Positions 24,913-32,700 of a stretch of 35,231 bases of DNA are shown here, piece by piece. The translations under genes were made by a program, and so were the position numbers. The notes under the pieces are model-generated. The model saw nothing but the letters and a program-made list of their open reading frames with translations. It did no database searches and was not told where the DNA came from. The DNA comes from Kiritimatiellia bacterium. Its GTDB lineage: Bacteria; Verrucomicrobiota; Kiritimatiellia; RFP12; UBA1067. How positions within the stretch are numbered: the stretch's first letter is position 1; each line of letters starts with the position of its first letter. Where the stretch lies: assembly GCA_024405335.1 (NCBI GenBank), contig JAKSOX010000002.1, positions 1-35,231 on the forward strand, in the 5' to 3' direction.

Positions 24913-25209
24913 ATGGCTAAGAAAGTCCCGTCCACCAAGACCGAAATCATGGCCGCCCTCGCTGAAGCGGCCGGCATCACCAAGAAGCAGGCCGCCGCCG
25001 CGTACGAAGCGCTCCTCCAGATCGCTTATGCCGGCGCCAAGCTCCCCAAGGGCCTCATGCTTCCCGGCCTCGGCAAGATCCTGAAGGCGAAGCGGAAAGC
25101 CCGCACCGGTCTCAACCCGCTCACCAAGGAAAAGATCAAGATCCCCGCCAAGACGGTCGCCAAGTTCCGTCTTTGCAAGGCCGCCAAGGAAGCCGTCCTC
25201 GCCAAGTAA
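24913..25209 (+). CDS. hup: HU/IHF-family nucleoid-associated DNA-binding protein (98 aa)
   Basis: KTEIMAALAEAAGITKKQAAAAYEALL...LPGLGKILKAKRKARTGLNPLTKEKIKIPAKTVAKFRL is the HU fold pattern (GxG...R.AR.G.NP.T.E.I.IPA...V.F). It has a short Lys-rich N-terminal extension. Confidence 0.88.
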   Translation: MAKKVPSTKTEIMAALAEAAGITKKQAAAAYEALLQIAYAGAKLPKGLMLPGLGKILKAKRKARTGLNPLTKEKIKIPAKTVAKFRLCKAAKEAVLAK

Positions 25210-25230
25210 ACGGGGCGTCTTCACAATTGA

Positions 25231-25260
25231 AAAGGGCTGCGGACTTCCGCGGCCCTTTTT
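25231..25260 (+). terminator. rho-independent terminator after the HU gene
   Basis: GGGCTGCGG (25234-25242) pairs with CCGCGGCCC (25247-25255), with one G-U pair and loop ACTT. It is flanked by AAA and TTTTT. Confidence 0.8.
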
Positions 25261-25268
25261 GCTATACT
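25260..25268 (+). promoter_or_regulatory. extended -10 promoter box TGcTATACT, leaderless geometry
   Basis: TATACT at 25263-25268. The ATG at 25276 lies 7 nt downstream with no usable SD. Confidence 0.45.
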
Positions 25269-25275
25269 ACGGGGC

Positions 25276-25608
25276 ATGGGAAAAACGGCTAAATTGTTTT
25301 TGGCGTTTGTCGCGTTGGCGGTTGTCGCCGGCGCGGCGACGTTCGCCGTGAAGACGCTGCCCGCGTCCGAGGACTTCGTGGAGCCCAGCACGCAAAACGA
25401 AGTGGATCACGCCATCGACTTGGGCGAGGCGTGGCTCGAACGCGTAGGCGACACGAACGCGCCGGACGCCGCGCTCGCGTTCGCGTGGACGAACGGCGCG
25501 TCGCGCGCCGCCGTCGCGCGCAAGCTCGTGGCGCTCCAGCGCGGCGACGGACGCTGGGAAGGCACGAACGCCACGGCCACCGCCGTGGAAATTCTGAAAG
25601 GACTTTGA
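25276..25608 (+). CDS. small N-terminally anchored or secreted protein (110 aa) with one prenyltransferase/terpene-cyclase-like repeat (QRGDGRW)
   Basis: Hydrophobic N-terminus KLFLAFVALAVVAGAATFAV. The motif LVALQRGDGRWEG resembles the QxxDGGW alpha-alpha-toroid repeat. Its stop is 1 nt before the lgt start. Confidence 0.6.
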   Translation: MGKTAKLFLAFVALAVVAGAATFAVKTLPASEDFVEPSTQNEVDHAIDLGEAWLERVGDTNAPDAALAFAWTNGASRAAVARKLVALQRGDGRWEGTNATATAVEILKGL

Positions 25609-25609
25609 C

Positions 25610-26434
25610 ATGCATCCCGATCTCTTTTCGTTGGGGCCGCTCCACGTGAAAACCTACGGCGCCTGCATGGCGCTCGGATTTCTCGCCGCCTGGCAGGTCG
25701 TGGCTTGGGCGTGCAAGCGCACGGGGCGGTCCATGGACAAGATTTCCAATCTGCTCGTGGCGCTGATGGTTTCGGGCGTGGTGGGCAGCCGCATCGCCTA
25801 CGTGGTGGAGCACTGGTCAGCCGAGTTCGCGGCGAACCCGCTGAAAGTCGTGCGCGTCGACCAAGGCGGGCTCATGTTCTACGGCGGCCTCATTTTGGCG
25901 CTTGTCACCTTTCTCTTTTGGTGCCGGATCAAGAAGGAACCGGTGTTGCCGCTCGCGGACGTGCTGGCGATCGTGATACCGCTGGGCCATGCGTTCGGCC
26001 GCATCGGCTGTTTCTTCTACGGTTGCTGCTACGGGCGGCTTTCCGAATGCGCGCTCGCCGTGCGTTTCCCGCGCGGCAGTCCGGCGTGGTACGAACAGCT
26101 GAACGCCGGCATGATCGATTCGTCCGCGCCCGCTGCGCTCGCCGTGCTGCCCACGCAGCTTTTCGAGGCGGCGGCGTGCTTGGCGATTTTCGCGGGGCTT
26201 TTCAGCTGGTACGCGAAGCGGACCGCGACGCCGCGGGCGGAACGCGGCGGCCAATTCGCGGGCGCGTATTTCATGGTCTACGCCGTGGTTCGTTTCGCCA
26301 TGGAATTCCTGCGCGGAGATCCGCGCGCCGCCGTGGGGCCGTTTTCGATTTCGCAGACGATTTCCATGACGCTTTTCGCGATCGGCGTCGCGCTCGTGGC
26401 GTGGTCGCGCCGCAAAACCGCTTCCTCCAATTGA
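25610..26434 (+). CDS. lgt: prolipoprotein diacylglyceryl transferase
   Basis: GPLHVKTYGACMALGFL, QGGLMFYGGL, GHAFGRIGCFFYGCCYGR and LPTQLFEA are classic Lgt blocks. Confidence 0.9.
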   Translation: MHPDLFSLGPLHVKTYGACMALGFLAAWQVVAWACKRTGRSMDKISNLLVALMVSGVVGSRIAYVVEHWSAEFAANPLKVVRVDQGGLMFYGGLILALVTFLFWCRIKKEPVLPLADVLAIVIPLGHAFGRIGCFFYGCCYGRLSECALAVRFPRGSPAWYEQLNAGMIDSSAPAALAVLPTQLFEAAACLAIFAGLFSWYAKRTATPRAERGGQFAGAYFMVYAVVRFAMEFLRGDPRAAVGPFSISQTISMTLFAIGVALVAWSRRKTASSN

Positions 26435-26444
26435 CGCGTCGTCC

Positions 26445-27578
26445 ATGTCCTCCAGGCCGCAAACGATTCTTTTCGCAGTTCCCAAGCTTCCGCGCGCCAG
26501 CGGCGTCAGCGTGTTTGCGTGCGAAATCGCCCGCGAACTGGTCGACGCCGGCCACGAAGTCGTGTTGGCGGTGGGGCGGCGAATGCCAGGCGCGGAACGT
26601 TCCGTGGACCCGCGGATTCCCGTGTGTTCCGAAAGCGACGCGCTTCGCGGCGGTCGCCGTTTCGACGTGGTGCATTTGCACGGTTTGTGGAGTCCGTGTC
26701 TCCACCGTCTGGCGGCGTGGGGGCGACGCACTGGTGCGCGCGTGGCGTGGAGTCCGCACGGCATGCTCGCGCCATGGGCGCTCAATCACAAGTTCTGGAA
26801 AAAGGCCGTCGCGTTGGCGCTCTACCAGCGGCGTGACCTGGTCCGGGCGGATCTTCTGCACGTCACGTCCGAACAGGAGCGCGGCGATCTCCGCCGCCTG
26901 CGCCTCGTAACGCCTTCCGCCGTCGTGCCGTTGGGCGTGAGGTTGCCGGACGCTTCGTCCAGCGTCGCGTCGCCGCTGCCGCCGGCGGCCGGATGCCGCC
27001 GCACGCTGCTTTTCGCGGGTCGCGTGCAGCGCATCAAGGGACTGCCAGATCTGATCGCGGCCTGGGCCGCGCTGCCGTCCGACGAGCGCGGCGGTTGGCG
27101 GATCCGGATCGTGGGTCCCGACGAAGACGGCCACGCCTCCGAACTTGTCGCGTTGCGTGGGCGCTTGGGATTGTCCGCCGAAGACGTCGTGTTCGCCGGG
27201 GAAAAACACGGCCAGGCGCTGGCGGACGAATACGCCCTGGCGGATCTGTTCGCGTTGCCGTCCCATTCGGAAAATTTCGGCGGCGTGGTGGCGGAGGCGT
27301 TGGCGCACGGCGTGCCGGTGATCGCCACGAAGGGAACGCCTTGGCGCGTTCTGCGTGAAGAAGGGTGCGGCTGGTGGGTCGACGGAGGCGTCGATTCGCT
27401 GTCGGCGGCGCTTCACGAGGCGCTTCGCCTTTCCGACGCCGAACGCGCCGCGATGGGCCGCGTCGGCAGGGCGCTCGTCGCCAGAGACTACACGTGGCGG
27501 TCCGCCGCCGAAAAACTGCTCGCCGCCTACGTTTTTTCCCCGGTTCGCGGCGGGGCGGGGAATGAGGAGGAGGCGTGA
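26445..27578 (+). CDS. glycosyltransferase family 4 (GT-B, group 1)
   Basis: LLFAGRVQRIKGLPDLI, IVGPDEDG and FALPSHSENFGGVVAEALAHGVPVIATKGTPW match the E-x7-E region of GT4 enzymes. Confidence 0.85.
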   Translation: MSSRPQTILFAVPKLPRASGVSVFACEIARELVDAGHEVVLAVGRRMPGAERSVDPRIPVCSESDALRGGRRFDVVHLHGLWSPCLHRLAAWGRRTGARVAWSPHGMLAPWALNHKFWKKAVALALYQRRDLVRADLLHVTSEQERGDLRRLRLVTPSAVVPLGVRLPDASSSVASPLPPAAGCRRTLLFAGRVQRIKGLPDLIAAWAALPSDERGGWRIRIVGPDEDGHASELVALRGRLGLSAEDVVFAGEKHGQALADEYALADLFALPSHSENFGGVVAEALAHGVPVIATKGTPWRVLREEGCGWWVDGGVDSLSAALHEALRLSDAERAAMGRVGRALVARDYTWRSAAEKLLAAYVFSPVRGGAGNEEEA

Positions 27579-29716
27579 CGAGGACGGGAGTTTTTGGGGT
27601 GGCTCTTTTGTCGGCGTGCGGGAGCGCGTCCGCGTACGCGCCGCGGTGGATCTGGCTGGACGCCGTTCCGCAGACGAACACGTACGCGACGTTCCGGGCG
27701 GCGCTTCCGGATTCGGCGGCGAAGGCGCGCGTTTCCGCGGCGGGCAATTTCGCGGCGTTCGTGGACGGCGCGGCCGATCCCGCGGGGTTCGGCCAGTACA
27801 CGGACCATCCGAACCGCAAGACGTACACGGAAATCGCGTTGCCGCCGGGATCGCCGGGGCGCACGCTGCGGGTGGACGTGTGGTACGGCGGCGGCGTTTT
27901 CACGTCGCACGACGACGGCGAACCCGGCCTGTGGGTGGAGCTGCTGGACGCGAACGGCGCGCGCGTGGGCGGGTCGGACGAAAGCTGGCGCGCGGCGCGG
28001 ATTCCGGGCTACGCGACGGGCGCGCGCACGAAGACGTTCGTGTCGCTGAACTGGACGTGGGCGTACGACGCGCGCAAGGAACAGGCGGCGGAAGGAAGCG
28101 CCGTCCTGGCGGCACCGCGCGCGGCGCCCGTGCCGCGCCCACTGCCGGCGTGTCCGCGCGGCGCGTTCGCGCCGGGGCGGGTCGTGATGTCGGGGGACGG
28201 CTTCCGCGTGTACGATCTGGGCGAAGAGCGCACCGGCCTGCTGCGGTTCGAGCTGTCGGCCGCGAAGGCGGGCGCGACGATTGAAATCGTCAACGGCGAG
28301 TGGCTGCAGCCGAACGGCCGTCTGCGCGATTTCCGGGAGCCGTTGCACGGCCGCGAGGTGATCGACCGGTACGTGACGCGCGCGGGGGCGCAGACGTACC
28401 GCCACTGGTTCCGCCGGTACGGGTGCCGCTACCTCGAGCTGCGCCATCCGGCGGACGCGGGCGTCGAAATCGCGGCGTGCGGACTCGAGGAGGTGTACGC
28501 GCCGGGCATGGAAACGCCAGCGTTCGCGTGCTCCGATCCGTTCTGGGAGAAGGCGTGGGAGATTTCCTGCCGCACGCTCCGCTGCTGCCGCCACGAGAAG
28601 TACGAGAACTGCCCCGGCCGCGAACAGTCGATCTGCCCGTACGACGCGCGCAACCAGCAGCTGTTCGGCTACGGGATTTTCGGCGACTATCCGCACGCGG
28701 CGGCGATGATCGAACTCTACGCCGCCGGCGCGATGACGAACGGTTTCCTCAAGGCGGCCGAGCCATACGGCGGCGACACGTGGATTCCGATGTTCACGTT
28801 CCCCTGGATGACGTCCATCGCGGAATACGGGTGGTATTCCGGCGACGCGTCGCTGTTCCGCCGCCTGGCGCCGCAGCTCAAGGAGATGCTCGGGAAAATC
28901 CTCGCCCTGCGCAAAAACGGGCTTTTCCTGCCGCCGGAACGCAAGGGCCGCTGGGACTACTGCGAGGCGCCGCTGATGGAGTTCAACGCTTTTCCGCCGA
29001 ATGCGTTCTACAATCTGTATCTGCACGAAGCGCTTTTGGCGTTGGCGCCGCTTTTCCGCGCGGAAGGGGACGCCGCGTTCGCGGACCGGCTGGAGAAGAC
29101 GGCGCGGGAAATCGGCGCGCGCGCCGAGGCGTTCTACTGGGACGAAACGCGCGGAGGATACGCGGACTGCGTCAACGACCGCGGCGAAAAGGAGCAGTTC
29201 CACGCGCTCGTGCAGGCGCTCTTCCTCGAACGCGGTCTCGTGCCGGCGGCGAAGCGCCGCCGCGTGCTGGACGCGCTGCGGTCGGAGAAGTTCGGCGTGC
29301 AGTCGCTCGCGACGCTGCGCTATCTCGCGAAGGGCGTGTGGGAACACGGCGATGAAGCGGACCGCAAGTGGGCGCACGAAAAGATCACGTCGCTCTACCG
29401 CGCCCAAATCGACGCCGGCGCCACCACCTGGTGGGAGACGTCGCAGGGGGCGGCGTACGCGGGCGGCGGCGGTTCCCTGTGCCACGGCTGGAGCGCGATG
29501 ATCGCGTGGTATCTCACGGAATACGTGATGGGCGTCCGGCCGACTTCGCCCGGCTACCGCACGTACGAGGTGAAGCCGCGCGTGACGGGGCTGACCGTCA
29601 AAGGCAGCGTCGCCACGCCCCGCGGCCGCATCCCCGTCGATTTCCGGGCTTGCAGCCAAACGCCAGAGCAGGCGCTTGGGCGCAAACGGACGTTGCTGGA
29701 TTCGGAAGTTTTTTGA
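27575..29716 (+). CDS. alpha-L-rhamnosidase-superfamily (GH78-like) six-hairpin glycosidase, probable lipoprotein
   Basis: The GTG start overlaps the GT4 stop (GTGA), after GAGGAGGAGG. N-terminus VALLSAC (lipobox-like). ENCPGREQSICPYDARNQ resembles DCPxRE..GWxGD. WWETSQG...GSLCHGWSAMIAWYLTEYVMGVRP and the C-terminal PGYRTYEVKPRVTGLTVKGSVATPRGRIPVDF match the GH78 catalytic and C-terminal domain patterns. Confidence 0.65.
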   Translation: MTRTGVFGVALLSACGSASAYAPRWIWLDAVPQTNTYATFRAALPDSAAKARVSAAGNFAAFVDGAADPAGFGQYTDHPNRKTYTEIALPPGSPGRTLRVDVWYGGGVFTSHDDGEPGLWVELLDANGARVGGSDESWRAARIPGYATGARTKTFVSLNWTWAYDARKEQAAEGSAVLAAPRAAPVPRPLPACPRGAFAPGRVVMSGDGFRVYDLGEERTGLLRFELSAAKAGATIEIVNGEWLQPNGRLRDFREPLHGREVIDRYVTRAGAQTYRHWFRRYGCRYLELRHPADAGVEIAACGLEEVYAPGMETPAFACSDPFWEKAWEISCRTLRCCRHEKYENCPGREQSICPYDARNQQLFGYGIFGDYPHAAAMIELYAAGAMTNGFLKAAEPYGGDTWIPMFTFPWMTSIAEYGWYSGDASLFRRLAPQLKEMLGKILALRKNGLFLPPERKGRWDYCEAPLMEFNAFPPNAFYNLYLHEALLALAPLFRAEGDAAFADRLEKTAREIGARAEAFYWDETRGGYADCVNDRGEKEQFHALVQALFLERGLVPAAKRRRVLDALRSEKFGVQSLATLRYLAKGVWEHGDEADRKWAHEKITSLYRAQIDAGATTWWETSQGAAYAGGGGSLCHGWSAMIAWYLTEYVMGVRPTSPGYRTYEVKPRVTGLTVKGSVATPRGRIPVDFRACSQTPEQALGRKRTLLDSEVF

Positions 29717-29722
29717 TATAAT
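29714..29722 (+). promoter_or_regulatory. extended -10 promoter box TGaTATAAT, leaderless geometry
   Basis: The TGA stop codon of the GH78-like gene (29714-29716) is itself the TGn of TGaTATAAT. The ATG of the 1594-aa gene (29729) lies 6 nt after the hexamer and there is no SD. Confidence 0.5.
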
Positions 29723-29728
29723 CGCGCC

Positions 29729-32700
29729 ATGAAAACAAAAGCATCAATTCTCGCCCTGGCGTTGGCGTCGGGCGCGTGCTGTTTCGGTTATGAAGCGCCG
29801 GCCTGGCGCATCGCGTCCGACGCGTCGGGCGTGACGATTTCGGTGGACGTGGACGAACCGCTCGCCGATCTGCCGGGAGAGCCGGAAAACGAGCTCGAGA
29901 TTTTCTTCGCGCCGTTCCCGAACGACAACCGCTACTACCAGTTCTTCGGCGACCTGCGCGAACGCACCGTGGGGCCGTACTACTGGTCCAAGGGCGGCGA
30001 CTACGCGCGCTTCGCCGATTGGAAGGTCGCCTACGACGTCCAAAAGGGCAAGGGATATTGCGTGAAGGCGTCGCTGCCGTGGGGCGACTTGCGCAATTGC
30101 GCGCCGGTGACGGGCGGCGTCTGGCGCGTGGCCGTTGCGCGCACGCGCCAGGGCGAAGCGTTCAAGATCACCTCCGGCGCGCCGCACGAGCCGAAGACGT
30201 GGGCCGCCGTGGCGATGCCCGCTCTGGACGCGGCGTCCGCCGCGGAGGCGCAAAGGCAAATCGCCGCCGCCAAGGAGCATCCCAAGGAAGTGAAGCTGCG
30301 CGTGTGGGCGAAGCCCGGCGAGCGGCTGCCGATCACGTCGCCGTGCCCGAAACTCGACCCTGACGGCGAGGAACGCTGGGGCGTGCGCCAGCGCGCGGAG
30401 CTTCGCCATGCGCGCATCGCCCGCATGGCGAAGGAGGGACGTCCGCCGCGCGTGTTCATGCTGGGCGATTCGATCACCGAGTGGTTCGCGCCGAAACCGT
30501 GGGCGCGCCTGGCGCGCTTCGCGCCGGCGAACGTCGGCGTGTCCGGCGACGTGATCGAAAACGTGCTGTGGCGCATCGACCTCGGCATGTTCGACGTGGT
30601 GAAGCCCGAGGCGCTCGTGCTGTTGATCGGCACGAACAACGGCGGCAACACGCCGGCGGAGCGCGCGCAGGGCGTCGCGGCGATCGTCGACAAGATCCGC
30701 GAGAAGTCCCCCAAGACGAAGATTCTGCTCTACGGCATCTTCCCGCGCGGCAAGACGTGGCCGGCCGAAAAGAATCCGCTCAAGGACACGAATGCGCTTT
30801 TGGCGAAGCTCGCGGCCGAGAAGGGCGTCGCCTACGCCGACGTCACGGCGTCGTTTCTCGCGGCGGACGGCGTCACCGTGCGCCAGGAGCTTTTCCGCGA
30901 CGGCCTGCATCCGAACGAGGCGGGCGACGACGTCTGGGTCGATTCGCTTGAACGCGAACTCGGCAAGCTGCTCGGGGAGCCACGCGCGGACGCGCTGCCG
31001 TCCGTGCCGTTCATCCGCGGCGTGAAGGCGATGCTGCCGGGACGCGACGCCTTCGGCGACTTCCGCGCGCTCGTCGACCTGATGGCGCACTTCGGGCTCA
31101 ACACGCTGATGCTCGAACTTGGCGGCGCGATGGAGTACAAGTCGCATCCCGAAGTCAACGCGGGGTGGATCGAGTACGCCAAAATCATGAACGAGTACCC
31201 CGGCAAGACGCTCAAGATACAGCACGCCCAGAAGTGGCACAAGAACTCCATCCACTCCGAAAACGGCGGCGGCGGCGTTTTGACGCAAAAGGAGATCGCG
31301 GAACTGGCCGCCTACGCGCGCGAGCGCGGCATCGAAATCATTCCCGAAGTGCCGTGCCTGAGCCACAGCGACTACCTGCTGTGGCGCCACCGGGAACTGG
31401 CCGAGCGGCAAAACGACCCGCATCCGGACTGCTACTGCCCGTCCGATCCGCGAAGCTACGCGCTGTTGTTCGACCTGCTGGACGAAGTGGTGGCGCTTTT
31501 CAAGCCGCGGATCGTCAACGTCGGCCACGACGAGTGGTATTCCATCGGCGTCTGCGACAGGTGCCGCGGCAAGAACGCCGCCGAACTGTACGCGGGCGAC
31601 GTCCGCAAAATCCGCGACCATCTCGCGGCGAAGGGCGTGCGCACGATGATGTGGGCCGAGAAACTGCTCGATTTCAAGTTCTGCGATTCGAAGAAGCCCT
31701 GGGCGGGCGCCGCGACCGAGGATTTCCCGGCCACGCATCCCGCCATCGACATGCTGCCGAAGGACGTGGTCATGCTGCACTGGTACTGGTCGCTCGGGCG
31801 CACGCTCGAAAACGCCTTCGCGGACCGCGGCTTCACGTGGGTGTTCGGCAATTATTCCGCGCGCGGAATGCTCGACTACCCCGGCCGCTCGCGCAAGCGC
31901 GGGTTTTCGGGCTACATGCTCTCCAACTGGGGACGCAGCGACATCCCCACCCTGCAGCGCAACGGCGTGCTGGCGGACATCGTGATGGACAAGCTCGTGG
32001 AGGAAAGCAAAGACCCCGACGCCGAAATCGACGCGCTGTGGGAGCGCATGTTCAAAGAGCTTTTCGCGCTGCGCCATCCGGCGGACAGGACGTATTACCG
32101 CTTGCGCCACCACGCCACCCGAAAGCGCGAGTTCCGCTGCTTCTTCGACGGCTTCTACGTCAAGAAGGAGGATTGGCTGCTGGGCCGCTACGTGCTCACG
32201 CTCGCGGACGGCGGCAAGGTGACGCACGACGTGCTGTACGGCGAGAACGTGTCGCACGCGGACGTGGACTGGAATCCGCCGCGCGAATGGGACACCGACG
32301 CGCGCCGCGGCCGCGGCGAACTGGCGGCGGTGGCGTATTCCACACTCCCCGTGCGCCAGGGCGGCCGCACCACGTACGAAATCGCCATCGAGATCCCGAA
32401 GGGCGCGCAGGTCGTTTCCTGCGTCTTCGAGCCGGCCGAGGGCCAGCCGAAGGACGCCGTCGCGTTCGAGCCCGTGACGCCGCCCGCGCCGCCGTCGGCG
32501 ACGGTCGACCGCAAGGCGCTGGTCGATTTCCTTTCGTTGCCGAGCCGGAGCCACGACCTGCCGCAGCTCAAGCGCGGCGTCGACTTCCTCAAGGACTGGC
32601 TGGCCGCGCGCGGCGTCTGGTGCACGGTCGAGACCAACGAATGCGGCTACGTGGGGCTCTACGCCGCGACCACGCCGGGCAAGGTGCACGACTACATGTT

